DNA of 63,674 nucleotides, filler included, from Octopus bimaculoides (GCF_001194135.2; 4 parts of 3 records of this genome joined end to end with filler, not necessarily neighbours in it); one strand, 5' to 3'; counted from the first letter of the whole stretch, positions 1-13,631 are shown. Notes: generated by a model from the letters alone, not told the origin. Numbers and translations are program-made.

Positions 1-83
1 ATTTATTGACCCTGAAAGGATGAAAAGCTAAGTCGATTGCGGCAGAATTTGAACTCAGAACATAAAGACAGGTGAAATACCAT

Positions 84-298
84 TCTTTTTTACTCTAGGC
101 ACAAGGCCCGAAATTTTGGGGGAGGGCCCCAGTCAATTAAATCAACCCCAGTATGCAACTGGTACTTAATTTATTGACCCTGAAAGGATGAAAAGCTAAG
201 TCGATTGCGGCAGAATTTGAACTCAGAACATAAAGACAGGCGAAATACCATGAAGCATTTCGCCCGGCTTATTAACATTTCTGTCAGCTCACCGCCTT
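84..298 (-). mobile_element. SINE family A (tRNA head, Nin/Deu-type domain)
   Basis: Reverse complement contains GAGTTCAAATTCTGCC (B box), CTTTTCATCCTTTCAGGGTCAATAAATTAAGTACCAG and the GGCCTTGTGCCTAGAGTA 3' end shared with many copies in the window. Confidence 0.85.
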
Positions 299-1674
299 AG
301 TTCCACTCCTTTATAATTAGTGGAATTGAACTAGTGCATGTGTTAATTATATCGGTATAATGACTCTCCCTAGATACAATAAAATTTGTTTCAGCACACA
401 AGTTCACATAAAAAATCTTGCAAACCAGATACAAAAATGAAATATTAATATCATTGACAAGTAATGTTCCACCACTGATATATCTGGGAGAATAGGCATG
501 GTTGGGCATGGTTTCTACTGCTGGATGCCCTTCCTAATGTCAACTGGCTGTTTGGTATACTTTTAGCATTTGATTGTTCTGTTGTTATTGTATGAGACTA
601 ACTAGCTCTGAGGAACAAAGGCCATTAAAGTAGCAATAGAAAAGACAGAGAGAGAGTAGACAGTATGCTTGTGGGCCAGTGCCTTGTGGTGTGTGTCTGT
701 TTGTAATGGATTCCATTACAAACAGACACACGCCACAAAAGCCCTTAGAATAGTGATAGAAAAGATAGAGGGAGTAGACAGCATGGTTGTGGGCAAATGG
801 CTATAGTGTGTCTGTTGATGATGGAATGACAGTCGGTCAAGTGGTCTTTTTCTGGTTGTTGTCAAGGATATCTGGGTCCATAGCAACAGCACCATCATCC
901 CAGGTGTGGGAGAAGTGGTCCATTGTGAGCTCCACTCTTTTAATGTAGAATGTCAGAATGTCTTCTCGGCCATGGTTGATCTTGAGCTAAAACAACAACA
1001 ACAACAACAACAGCCACAACTATATGGATAAGATAAATCAATGAGAGGAGCTTATGTGTGATTGTTTAGCCCGCTAGAAATAGCAGCCAAATCTATTTTA
1101 AACCATATTGAAGTGTCTTAAAACAAGAAGGATATGTAGCCCTTGCTAATGTGATGACCACAGAACACCTTTAACCCTATGTATACNNNNNNNNNNNNNN
1201 NNNNNNNNNNNNNNNNNNNNNNNNNNNNNNNNNNNNNNNNNNNNNNNNNNNNNNNNNNNNNNNNNNNNNNNNNNNNNNNNNNNNNNNNNNNNNNNNNNNN
1301 NNNNNNNNNNNNNNNNNNNNNNNNNNNNNNNNNNNNNNNNNNNNNNNNNNNNNNNNNNNNNNNNNNNNNNNNNNNNNNNNNNNNNNNNNNNNNNNNNNNN
1401 NNNNNNNNNNNNNNNNNNNNNNNNNNNNNNNNNNNNNNNNNNNNNNNNNNNNNNNATGTTGAATAATTTCTATTGGCAAATATCAAATTAGTTTCTGTGA
1501 GCACGGATTGAACTCGGTGATAATGGCAACAGCGATGATACTGATGATGGTGGTGGTGGTGATGACGATGATGAAAATTTACATTTACTACCATGTGATG
1601 GTGCTCTTAATGGTTTTCAATCTAATTTCATTAAAATTTCAGTATAAAGCATCAATTGACTGATGCAAATTCGA

Positions 1675-1885
1675 CTTTCAGTAATGGTGGTGGTGGTGGC
1701 AGTGGCAGTGGTGGTGGCAGCATTAATGGTAGTGATGGTGGTCATAGTAGTAGTAGTAGTAGTAGTGGTTGTGGTGGTGGTGGTGGTGGTGGCAGCACTA
1801 ATGGTAGTGATGGTGGCAATAGTAGTAATAGTAGTAGTGATAGTAGTAGTGGTGGTGGTGGTAGTAGGTGTTGTTGGTGATGGTG
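1675..1885. repeat. Compound (GGT)n/(AGT)n trinucleotide tract with internal ~60-bp duplication
   Basis: GGTGGTGGCAGCA(T/C)TAATGGTAGTGATGGTGG occurs twice inside the GGT/AGT runs. Confidence 0.85.
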
Positions 1886-2009
1886 ATGCAACAACACCAC
1901 CACAACAATAGTGGTTTCTAGTGTTGTTTTTGTTTAACCCTAGGCCAACCAACTAACCCTAAATGAGCAGAACTATGATCACTCAAAGACCCACACACAC
2001 ACGTGTGCG

Positions 2010-2172
2010 GTGGGCCTCTTCCAGCCTTCGTCTCCTAAATCCAATCACAGGGCTTTGGTCAGTCTAGAACTGTAGTAGAAGACACTTACCCAAGGTGCCA
2101 TGCTGTGGAACTGAACCTGGAACCAAGCAGTTGGAAAGTAAGCTTCACAACCCACAGCCACACCCGCACCTG
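2010..2172 (-). mobile_element. SINE family B (tRNA head + CORE-like domain), 5' half
   Basis: Reverse complement has GGCTGTGGG...GGTTCAGTTCC...GGCACCTTGGGTAAGTGTCTTCTACTACAG. Confidence 0.75.
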
Positions 2173-3699
2173 TTTGTATTATAAAATTTCAAATTTAGAG
2201 CACAAACATGACTCAGAAGTACATTTGCATATAATTAACATATTCATTACTATCTTTCATGGACCCTCTAGCTACCTCTTATGAAACCCTTAGCAGCCCC
2301 TCGCAAAATCCCTAGTAATCTCTCCTGAAGCCCTTAGCATTTCGCCTGGCATGCTAACGNNNNNNNNNNNNNNNNNNNNNNNNNNNNNNNNNNNNNNNNN
2401 NNNNNNNNNNNNNNNNNNNNNNNNNNNNNNNNNNNNNNNNNNNNNNNNNNNNNNNNNNNNNNNNNNNNNNNNNNNNNNNNNNNNNNNNNNNNNNNNNNNN
2501 NNNNNNNNNNNNNNNNNNNNNNNNNNNNNNNNNNNNNNNNNNNNNNNNNNNNNNNNNNNNNNNNNNNNNNNNNNNNNNNGGGACATATTAAAGAAAGTTT
2601 GGAATTGAGACGCTGTTCTGATTGTAATAGTATTTTTGTTTAAACTATAACAAATTCAGTTTTAAAATATTAATATACATAATTTTTTTTTATTTATTTA
2701 TTTATTTTTTTGGTGAGTGTGTGGCCAGGGCAGTGTATATGCTTAAACATTAATTGGCTTGTCTAAATCAGCCTACCTAATAAGCCTATGCAAAAGGTCA
2801 ACAGTTCAAAGTTTGCTCGTTAAATAAGCAAGCTTGGTTTTCGTTTCAACTTGATTGACCTCAAATAATCAATTCTCATCTTGAATATATTCTAATTGCA
2901 TCACATAAATAATTAGATGCTTAAACAAGATTTTATTTACTAATGTATTTCTGAGGAGGCTAATTGGTTGAGTTGTTAGAGCACCTTACAATATTTTTTC
3001 TAGCTCTCTCTGCATCGAGTTCAAATCCCACTGTGGCTAACTTGGCTTTTTGTTTTGGGGGTTTTTTTTTTTTTTTTGTATTTTTTATTTGGTTGAGGCT
3101 ATTTATAAAAAAAATACCAATCTGGGGTTGAGCGGGAAGGAGTGACAAAATTATTAGAATATGAGATGAAATCTCTTTCAGTTTTAGTTCCAGCTCTCTT
3201 GTATTTTGAATTCAAATTCTACTAAGGTGACACTGGTCAGGGCCAACCAGCCAACCATGGTAACACCTCATCCCAACCCTCAGTTTGGCTAAAGAGGACA
3301 GGTAGGCCTTCTACCAGCATGGACAAGATATCTGTCAGTTCATAACCTCAGCTCTTATTGACGTATTGGAATACTACTCATAGGTGCAGGAGAATGACTG
3401 CATGGTAAGTACCAGCATAAAGCACCAATAAGTACCAGTTTAACACTAATAAGTACCAGTTGAACACCAATAAGTACCAGTTGAACACTGGGATCAATGC
3501 AATCGACTTGCTCCCTCCCTCAAAATTGCTGGCCTTACGCTAAAATTCGAAACCAATATTCATACCATACAGTATTATAGATTCATTTCATCCAGTCTTA
3601 CCAATTGGTTTCCCATATGAATTAAGTGATCAGGTGATTAACTAAAACTGCACTCATTAGAGGGAGCTGTCACCATATTTTGTCATCTTTTTCACTCTG

Positions 3700-3860
3700 A
3701 AGAGCTTCTTTCAGTTTCCATCTCCCAAATCCTCTCACAAGGCTTTGTTTGACCTGGGGCTATAGAAAACATTTGCCCAAGGTACCGCACTGTGGGACCG
3801 AACCTGAAAACAGATGGTTGGGAATCAAAGTTTATTAACTGCACAGCCATGCCTGCACCT
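3700..3860 (-). mobile_element. SINE family B, 5' half
   Basis: Same head and CORE-like motif (TTGCCCAAGGTACC on +) as other copies. Confidence 0.75.
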
Positions 3861-5886
3861 TCTGCCTGAAAATTATGTTAAAGGGTATATGTATCTGCCG
3901 AATGCTCAGCCAGTTACTTGTTAATTCAGGAGCAGGTAACTCAGTTGATCGAGCAACTGAATCCTCGTTGTCAACTGGTGGAAATCCACCGACATCGAAG
4001 TTTACTTCCTTATTGTCAGTGGTTCATCGAAACTTATTGATAATGCAAAATCATTAGCAGCAGCCAGTGTTTGAACCCACAACCCTTAATAAGGAAGCTG
4101 AATCAACATCACCGGATAATTGTTATTCATTAATCAAGAAATAAGGAGAAAGAGGTACAACAACAGATGAAAATGAAAACAAAGCAACAATTTCTAAATT
4201 AATTATCTACTTCAGATGATGTTCTGAGTTTAGCTGTTGTTTTTTGTTTGTGTGTATGTTTTTAATTCTAAAAGATTAGGTTTATTAATGATATTTTAGA
4301 GATGTAATATATATTGCTATTAGTGTCATCATCATCAGCAGCATTGTCATCGTCATCACACCGCCACCACTGCCACAATCACCACCTTCATCGTTATCAT
4401 AATTGTTGCCATCTTTGTTTTGCTGTCTATTTGGTTGTTTCTCCATTTCACATTTTATTAGCATGCTTGCTTTATTATTTTCCTGGTTCTGAACCTAACC
4501 AAGGCCGTTGAAGCGTATCCGATGAGGAAGCACTAAACAGTAACATCTGGACCGTGCCTTCTCTCCTTCCCTCCCCCCGTCACCCAAAGTGTAGTGATTT
4601 GTGTCTCAAAAGACAAACCCACTGATAGACAGACAAGAGACCACCATTAACATTATTTATGAAGGATACAAGATAGATTGCTTTGCTAGTTAGCGGCACT
4701 CTCTGAAGTGTAAAAATAATTCTGATAACAACAGTTGGCAATGGGCAGAAACAGAACAGTATTTTTACCAATCTTGAAAAAGCAAACTTAATACTTTACT
4801 CGTCTCTAACGAAAGATTGAGCTATCTGGAATAAGCTTTATATGGATTTTATATTTGGACAATGAGCTTCCCATTCATTAATGATTAACCAAAATGTATT
4901 GCAAAACACAGGTAAATGGAAAAAAATCATTTTTATATAACATAGCACTAATTTGTGATGGTTATGCTGCATTTAATTAAGTGTATACACTAAGTCTTTC
5001 TAATAACCCTTTAATTGTTATTTTGTTTCATAACTTATTTGATTCACTTGTCTGAATAATCATTATAATAATTATTATAATTAATAATCATAATCCTTTC
5101 TACTGAAGGCACAAGGCCTGAAATTTGTGGGGAGGGGACAAGTCGATTACATCGACCCCTTTTATGCAGCACCTGTACCGGTGCCTTTTACGTGGCACCA
5201 GCACCTACGAGCCTGCAAGATTAGGGATGCTCGGCTGGAAGGGCTTACAAGGGATGAGCCTGTAAACAAGGGCAGCCACACTTTTACTTAGCTTCACCTG
5301 TCTTTTTCAAGCAGAGCAAACCCCCAGGAGTCTCGGTCCCCTATCATCTCATCTGGGAGTCCCAACGTTTGTGCAAGTTAAATAACATTGAACATTACGT
5401 TCTCTGCAATGAAAGTTTTGACACCAAATAACGTTTTAGTGAAGTTAATAGGTTCTGCGTGTTTTTTTTTTTGAATGGCTAATATGTGTGTTCTGCGCTG
5501 TAATTGCTTTAGTTTCAAAACAGTCTCAGATCAAATCACTCACAAAACAAGTACATCTTTGAAATTACATTCTCTGTTAATCCAATATTCCAAGCTAGTT
5601 TTCATTAGCCTCCTTTTGATGTAATCTATTCAAATCATGATGGATTCCTTTGATGTTGCTTCAATGTCAAGCTGACTCCCATAATGTTATCAAAGTTCAA
5701 CCCAGGTGTGTAAGAGATATCTGTTAGGTCACCTGCGTTAAATTCCATTATGCAGTTTAACATTTACCACCTGTCTCTATTGTAAGTATTCAGGCCAAAC
5801 TCTCCTACCCAAAGATAACTGACTTCATCCCTACCAGTCCGAGAGACTTTTGAAGTGGTCATGGGCACTGCTCTTCCACCTCTATT

Positions 5887-6095
5887 TTACCCTTTTTTTA
5901 CCAAATTTCTCTTGAAATACTCAGCCTTTGCTTAATGAAGAATTTAGTAAAATAGTATTGCTATTATTAAGCCGGTGTTTGGAACAATTAACATGAAATT
6001 TTGATGGAAGGACTTAATTTAAATCACTTTAATACAGGAAGATTGTATCATGGAACCAGGGCCGGTCTCAGGTGGGTTGGTATCAAGAGGGTCAA
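5887..6095. mobile_element. Decayed non-autonomous element with TTAACCCTT-type ends (piggyBac-like MITE)
   Basis: Ends TTACCCTTTT...TACC and GGTATCAAGAGGGTCAA are degenerate inverted repeats. Confidence 0.35.
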
Positions 6096-7459
6096 GCCAT
6101 AAATTGTAATTTTTTTTAATTATCAAATGCCATAAGGTCTGTTATTCCCTTCTGATTTTTTTTTTTTAATTTTTTTTTTACTGAGAAATTAAAATTTTTA
6201 TTTAGCAACATATTTTTACAAGAAGAAAAAAAAAAGAAAAAAGTAGAAAGTATAAAAGATTATATTATGAAGACACCCCACCCCCTAAATTACTTCAGCA
6301 AGGAAACAAAGGAACAAAAAAAAAGCGGAGAGAAATTAAGTGCTGAAAGATGGGAGGAGAAGGAATAACAGGTTGTACATTCAATTCCAAAATGGTGTGT
6401 TNNNNNNNNNNNNNNNNNNNNNNNNNNNNNNNNNNNNNNNNNNNNNNNNNNNNNNNNNNNNNNNNNNNNNNNNNNNNNNNNNNNNNNNNNNNNNNNNNNN
6501 NNNNNNNNNNNNNNNNNNNNNNNNNNNNNNNNNNNNNNNNNNNNNNNNNNNNNNNNNNNNNNNNNNNNNNNNNNNNNNNNNNNNNNNNNNNNNNNNNNNN
6601 NNNNNNNNNNNNNNNNNNNNNNNNNNNNNNNNNNNNNNNNNNNNNNNNNNNNNNNNNNNNNNNNNNNNNNNNNNNNNNNNNNNNNNNNNNNNNNNNNNNN
6701 NNNNNNNNNNNNNNNNNNNNNNNNNNNNNNNNNNNNNNNNNNNNNNNNNNNNNNNNNNNNNNNNNNNNNNNNNNNNNNNNNNNNNNNNNNNNNNNNNNNN
6801 NNNNNNNNNNNNNNNNNNNNNNNNNNNNNNNNNNNNNNNNNNNNNNNNNNNNNNNNNNNNNNNNNNNNNNNNNNNNNNNNNNNNNNNNNNNNNNNNNNNN
6901 NNNNNNNNNNNNNNNNNNNNNNNNNNNNNNNNNNNNNNNNNNNNNNNNNNNNNNNNNNNNNNNNNNNNNNNNNNNNNNNNNNNNNNNNNNNNNNNNNNNN
7001 NNNNNNNNNNNNNNNNNNNNNNNNNNNNNNNNNNNNNNNNNNNNNNNNNNNNNNNNNNNNNNNNNNNNNNNNNNNNNNNNNNNNNNNNNNNNNNNNNNNN
7101 NNNNNNNNNNNNNNNNNNNNNNNNNNNNNNNNNNNNNNNNNNNNNNNNNNNNNNNNNNNNNNNNNNNNNNNNNNNNNNNNNNNNNNNNNNNNNNNNNNNN
7201 NNNNNNNNNNNNNNNNNNNNNNNNNNNGTTGAGATCCAGCGAATAATAACAACATTAGTAATATCAATAACAATAACAATAAAAATTATGACAAAAATGA
7301 TGATGGTGGTGGTGATGATGATGATGATGATGATGATGGTGGTGGTGATGATGATGATGATGATGGTGGTGATGGTGATGATTTTCATATTGTTGATTTG
7401 ATTTCGTAAAAGCTGAAAATATAGTTATCAGCAATATGTTAAAGGAATGATAGTCGCGT

Positions 7460-7461
7460 GC

Positions 7462-7494
<33 letters not shown>

Positions 7495-7900
7495 CATGCA
7501 TGTATTTGTGCATGTATACAGGCTTGCATATGTGCATGATACGTTTATGTATGTGTGTGTGTATATGCAAGTAGACTTGCATATATGTTTGTGTGCAGAC
7601 TTGTGTAGATCTCAGTATTATGTAAAATAATGACTGTGTATGTATATGGTTATGTGCAGGCTTGTGTGTGTGTGTGTGTGTGTGCATGTGACTATGCACA
7701 CATGTGTATGTGTGTGCATGTTTCCATGTGGCTGTACATACGTGTGTGTGTGTGTGTGACTATGTATATGCATGTGACTGTACATGTGTGTATATGTATA
7801 TGCAGGTGCATGTTTGTACATGTGTGCACATGCATGTGTATGTGTATATATTTGTGTGTGCATGTGTATGTATATGCATGTGCATGTGTGTGTTTGTACA
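7460..7900. repeat. Degenerate (TG/TATG/TGCA)n low-complexity tract
   Basis: Direct inspection of the sequence. Confidence 0.9.
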
Positions 7901-8183
7901 GAGGAGAATGAAAAGGCAGAAGTAATATACCTTAATATTTCCTCGTCATATTCACACCAGGAATATGATGTAATGTGATGTGATGGTGTGCATGAGGCAT
8001 CTGGTGTTGTGTATGTGACATGGGGTGGGGGTGGGGGATATCAGTGCATGTTCTTTTATTTGTTTTGATAATTTCAATTTATTTATTTATTTATTTATGT
8101 TCTTTAAAGTTACCATAGAAACTGATATTTACCACTGGCTAGGGTTGCATGATGTATCTTACTTACTACATGTGGAATAACTT

Positions 8184-8225
<42 letters not shown>

Positions 8226-8506
8226 TGATGATGATGATTTCAAATTTTGCCACAAGGCCATCAAGTTCAGGAGAGGGTATAATTTGATTAAATCGACCCT
8301 TGTGATCAACTGGTACCTATTTCATAAAAAAAAGAAGGATATTCTTTGATTATAATTGTTTATAATTCAGGCACAAGGCTAGCAATTTTGTGTAGGAAAA
8401 GGGTTAGGGGTTTATATTGACCCTTGTATTTGACTGGAAAAAAAAAAAGATGCAAAGCATAGTTTACTTTGGTGAGATTTGAACTCAGATTGTAAGGGGT
8501 GGGAAC

Positions 8507-8737
8507 AAATACCTATTTCTTTACTGCCCACAAGGGGCTACACACAGAGAGGACAAACAAGGACAGACAAACGGATTAAGTCGATTATATCGACCCCAGT
8601 ACGTAACTGGTATTTAATTTATCGACCCCGAAAGGATGAAAGGCAAAGTCGACCTCGGCGGAATTTGAACTCAGAACGCAGTGGCAGGCGAAATACCGCT
8701 AAGCATTTCGCCTGGCGTGCTAACGATTCTGCCAGCT
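8507..8737 (-). mobile_element. SINE family A, young copy with alternative 3' tail
   Basis: CpG-intact ATCGACCCCGAAAGGATGAAAGGCAAAGTCGACCTCGGCGGAATTTGAACTCAGAACG. The tail (TTACTGCCCACAAGGGGCTACACACAGAGG on +) differs from other A copies. Confidence 0.85.
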
Positions 8738-8799
8738 TTGTGGGAACAAATACCACAAAGCATTTTGTCTGATGCTCTTATGATTCTGCCAATCCACAG

Positions 8800-9135
8800 C
8801 CCTACATGCTTGTGTCTCGAAGAAACATTCTGAACGCAAAAGGAAGGATCAGTGTTGGTTCCTTTGGTCCTGGTTCTCTGGATTAGCAAAAGAGATTCTG
8901 CCAGACTGATCAGATTCTTCATCTGGCTAGCCAACAGCACTCGAAGACAACTGTGACTTAGGTGCCACCTGTTTGGCTAGTATAAAGGGGCCAAGCCAAA
9001 GACCATTTAGCAGCAGACATTCCAAGAAGACCAGAAGAAGTCCAACATTACATGGAATGGATCTGCAAGAGTAGCAGCCAACTGAACTCGGTGGAGGAAG
9101 TCTGCCACTCAAAGCGCAAAGCAGTGCAAGAGGAC
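8800..9135 (+). mobile_element. Decayed 3' end of an RTE-like LINE
   Basis: Frame-disrupted translation ...GAKPKTI*QQTFQEDQKKSNITWNGSARVAANxTRWRK resembles the GRPKxTW...DL...W..A.DR..WR C-terminus of RTE-clade ORFs. Confidence 0.5.
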
Positions 9136-10014
9136 CTAAAGCAGAAATAGAAAAAAAGATTTGGTAAATATGTTATGCCAAGTTAAGAAAAATCTAGAAT
9201 AAGTGCCAATATTTAGAAGTTCTTGCTATGGTGGTGGTGAAATCAGCAGAATCGGTTGAGTGTTGGTGAAAATACTATGCATTATTTAGGGATGGTACCT
9301 TTGTTTTCAGTTTAAATCCTGCCAAGGTCAACTTTTGTGTTCATCCCTCCACTGTTGATAAAGTAAAGTACCAGTTAAACACACATACATACATACATAC
9401 ATACATACATACACATACATACACACACGCACACACACACACACACACATGCATACATACATACATACATTCAGATTGGAGCCTGATGTAGCCATCGGGT
9501 TTCACCAGTCCTCAGTCAAATCGTCCAACCCATGCTAGCATGGAAAGCGAACATTAAACGATGNNNNNNNNNNGCCATGCTGGGGCACTGCCTTGAAGAA
9601 TTTTTAGTCGAATGAATCAACCACAGGACTTTTTTTTTTAAGCCTGGTACTTATGCTGTCTGTCACTTTTGCCATGTGGTTGGAAAGCAAACTTGTTACC
9701 ACACAGTCACCATTTAAAAAAAAAAAATTTTTATTGTTTCAAAAATGTGGAAGGACACTACAAAGTCAGACTTATGTCTGTTCAATCTCAAAAGCTGCTA
9801 TTTATAGAGGCAGAGAGAGAGAGCGAGAGAATGCCTACATAGTTAGTATTATGGTGGGGCTAGAGTTTAACCCAAGGACACTCCTCTAACTGAGCATAGC
9901 TACAACCAAAACATTCCATCTGTAACCATCCTGACTTTTTGGGAGCACCTAGGACAGCTATTCCCAACCTGAACTCTATGGATCCCTGGTGATCTACAAA
10001 AGAACATTGTCATC

Positions 10015-10262
10015 ATCCTCATCATCATCACCATCATTATCATCCATCTTCCATGCTGGCTTGAGTTGGTCAGTTTGACAAGAGCTCACAAGCTGGAGAG
10101 CTGCACCAGGTTCCAGTCTGATTTGACTTGGTTTCTATGGCTGGATGCCCTTCCTAATGTCAACCACTTTACAGTGTGTGCCGGGTGCTTTTAATGTGCC
10201 ACTGGCATGAGTGCTTTTACATGGCACCAGGGCTAGGGCCTTTTATGTGGTACCGGCACAGA
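10015..10262 (-). mobile_element. SINE-like family C ((GAT)n tail, GGAAGGGCATCC motif)
   Basis: (CAT)n run followed by TTCCATGCTGG...CTGGATGCCCTTCCTAATGTCAACCAC, a recurrent module in this window. Confidence 0.75.
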
Positions 10263-10339
10263 ACCCTTGCTGGCCAATCCCCTTCACCAGATGTGGCCTT
10301 AACACTTCTACCGTGGAGGACAGGTCTTCTATCTTTCAA

Positions 10340-10465
10340 GATCCTGTTACCTTGCACATGGAACTTTTGGTCCTCCAAAATCACTTTGGTGTATCAGTCA
10401 ACCCTCCTGTTTTTGGCTGTAAATTTTGGTCTAAAAATTCAACTTGTATACCAGTTAATACAGTA
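10340..10465. mobile_element. 3' fragment of a Tc1/mariner-type MITE
   Basis: Ends ...CAACTTGTATACCAGTTAATACAGTA, resembling the terminus of the intact element at 23378-23763. Confidence 0.35.
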
Positions 10466-10724
10466 TGTCTGTATGTCTTATCTAAGACAGTAAAATAGGA
10501 TTTGAGGGTGATGTGGTTGCTTTTTCTAGCAGGTCGAGCAATCACATTAAATGCTCCTTGGCTGACTCACTTAGCGTTGTGGCTTAACCATATATGGTGT
10601 GTCAAATTAATACATCGTCATTTTATATAGAGTATTCTAATTGCGTATTTTTAACTATTTCATATTTTGGCAAGAGTGTCTCTATCAAATGTTATTTTTG
10701 GTCAGAGCGAGCAGCATTTCACAG

Positions 10725-10742
10725 ATTATTATTATTATTATT

Positions 10743-10833
<91 letters not shown>
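10725..10833. repeat. (ATT)n-(CAT)n-(ATT)n microsatellite
   Basis: Direct inspection of the sequence. Confidence 0.95.
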
Positions 10834-10835
<2 letters not shown>

Positions 10836-12656
10836 GTTGTAGTAATTGTTTTGTTAGTCTTGGAATGCATAACAGGAACTAAGCTAAAAAGAAAGTTAGC
10901 AAGAAAGAAGGAAATATTTATTCCTCTGTCAATGTTGTCAGATGGCGAAAGAATTAATAAAAGAGAAGAAAAAAAACGAATTTGCATCATAAATTAGCTC
11001 AAGTGCATATTTGATAATTAGCTAACTGCTATAACGGTTAATTTAAGAAGCATAAACTCACCAGACATGATAAATAAAGGATAGTTTGTGGAGTATACTT
11101 TGTGTGTGTGTGTGAGAAAGAGAGATTTTTTTTGTTTTTCACCATGAAGGTGCATGGTAAAAATGTTTGCAACAGGAAGGGCATCTGATTCTAAAACAAT
11201 ACATCATCATCATTCTTTGAGGTTCATTTTCCTTGCTGATATGGGTTGGATGTTTTGACTGCGGATGGAAAACAGAAGAACTGCACCCGGTTCCAGTATG
11301 GTTTGGTTCGGTTTCTATGGCTAGGTGCCCTTCCTCATACAAACCACTTTACAGTGCATGCAAATGAGTATATAAGAAACCGCTTAATCAACTGAGCTAT
11401 AATTCCATACACCAGTTATGTTCTTGACCTTGTGTATGTTGACACCAATATGGAGTGATATCAACTGCAATCTTGTAATTGCATGTGTATTTCTATACAG
11501 GATGTGTTGAAGCAATCTGATTGGAAATTTCTCAATTGAGTGATGGTGACTCATGAAGGAAGAGGAATATTGCTACCATGCCAAATTCAGTGAAAAGCTT
11601 TTGCTGATATTAAAGTAGACAACCTTGATTTTTATTTATTTATTTATTTATTTTTGTGAAAGTTCTCAAGAGATTGTAAACAATGGGCATTGTAGATTAC
11701 AGAATGAAATATTCCGTCATTTAATAAATGCCGGCATGGAAAATGGCTATAGACTTCTTCTTTTTTTTTTTTTAATTTTTAAAACCAAATGTTTCATAAT
11801 GCTTCATATAAATAAAGGGTGAGCACTAATGACCCAAGACAGCTGTTTGTTTGATGATTTCTTGCAAAGCAGGAGATCTGACCATTGCTTCTCATCTTCA
11901 ATGGCTTGACCACATTCTCTCCGGGATTTTTTTTTTCCTTCACATTTTTTTTTTCTCTTTCTTCTCATACATTTTTTATTAGTAATCATTCAGTAGAGTC
12001 AATATTGATAGATGTATCTCAATTTCAAATGGAAAGATTCCATCATTTGNNNNNNNNNNNNNNNNNNNNNNNNNNNNNNNNNNNNNNNNNNNNNNNNNNN
12101 NNNNNNNNNNNNNNNNNNNNNNNNNNNNNNNNNNNNNNNNNNNNNNNNNNNNNNNNNNNNNNNNNNNNNNNNNNNNNNNNNNNNNNNNNNNNNNNNNNNN
12201 NNNNNNNNNNNNNNNNNNNNNNNNNNNNNNNNNNNNNNNNNNNNNAAGAGCCATGCTGAACATTTAACAAGTCTCCGTTAGATTGGAGAGAAATATCAGA
12301 ACGGTGAATTAAATATCTGATTTGCATTACAATTAAGATAGTAATAAGATTGGTCAGCTCTGGTCAAAGCAAACCTGGCTCAATGTAGTTGATAGAAATG
12401 CTAATGCATACACACATGCGTAAAGTTCATAGATCTACTTATATACACACATACATAGGCGCATACACACATACATACATACATAAATACACATATATAC
12501 ACACATAAATACGTACATACACAAACATACAAAAATACACATATATACATACACACACATACATATATACATAGACATATACATAAATACACATACATAC
12601 ACACAAATATGTACATACATGCACACACACACATACATATATACATAGACGCATAC

Positions 12657-12722
<66 letters not shown>

Positions 12723-12754
12723 GCATGTATGTATGCATGCACAGGAATGACTGT

Positions 12755-12945
12755 TATAGGTGCAGACCTGGTTGTGTGGTTAAGAAATTTGCTTCCCAAC
12801 CACATGGTTTCAGGTTCAGTCCCACTGTATAGCCCCCTGGGCAAGTTTCTTCTTCTGAGGCCCCTGTTCCACCAAGCCCTTCTAAGTGAATTTGGTTGAC
12901 AGGTTACCAGAATCTGAAAGTAGCTCATTGTGTGCATGTGTGTGT
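12755..12945 (+). mobile_element. SINE family B, 5' half
   Basis: GGTTGTGTGGTTAAGAAATTTGCTTCCCAACCACATGGTTTCAGGTTCAGTCCC...CTGGGCAAGTTTCTTCT. Confidence 0.75.
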
Positions 12946-13600
12946 GTATGTATGTATTTTTTTCTTTGAGTTTGATTCAAGTTCTTCCTAAGAGAACTCA
13001 AGCCAGTTGCTAACAAAGCAACAAGACTTCTGAATTGAGAAAGTTTCCAGTGTTTGTAAATATGTGGTTGAGTTGGTTGAGCCATTGCTGCATACACCCA
13101 TGTGTGTGCATCTGTTCATATAAGAATCTCAGATGGAGAATTTGGAGATTGTCTTGCAAATCTTCACTGTGCAACTAATACATGGCATAAATCTACATAC
13201 ATACATACATACAATCATGCATGTGTGTGTATATATATGTATATATTTTTTAAAATTCCATTAGCTTACTTTCCTCATTTTCAACACAGCGTGTATTTAT
13301 AGTGATGTATATTGTATGTGGTGATTGACGGTTTAAAGTCTATTTCTCAGCATATTGGCATAGAATTTTTTTATTTTGCCCTTATTTATAATTGAATATA
13401 TGTAGTATATATATATGTGTGTATATATGAAGTGTGTATGTAATCTTGTCTTGATATCACACAGTTGTTGTAAATGAATGGAATTCTTTTTCTGCTATAT
13501 GTTGCAAAAATATGTCTGGCTATAGAAAATCTGCTTCTGTAAACTCCTTTTCACCCATGCAAGCATGGAAAAGTGGTTGTTCAAATGATGATGAATATTT

Positions 13601-13631
<31 letters not shown>

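Noticed and set aside
3930-4040. Possible + exon EQVTQLIEQLNPRCQLVEIHRHRSLLPYCQWFIETY* after TAATTCAG, and other short splice-bounded frames (4580-4700 -, 7931-8000 -, 16250-16510 -, 36650-36915)
   Set aside because: Several frames on both strands are similarly open, the phases do not chain into a gene, and I recognise none of the peptides.
1118-7497. Long ORFs in the track that span N runs (also 11885-12327, 35386-35831, 60649-61035, 61891-62402)
   Set aside because: They are open only because N codons are translated as X.
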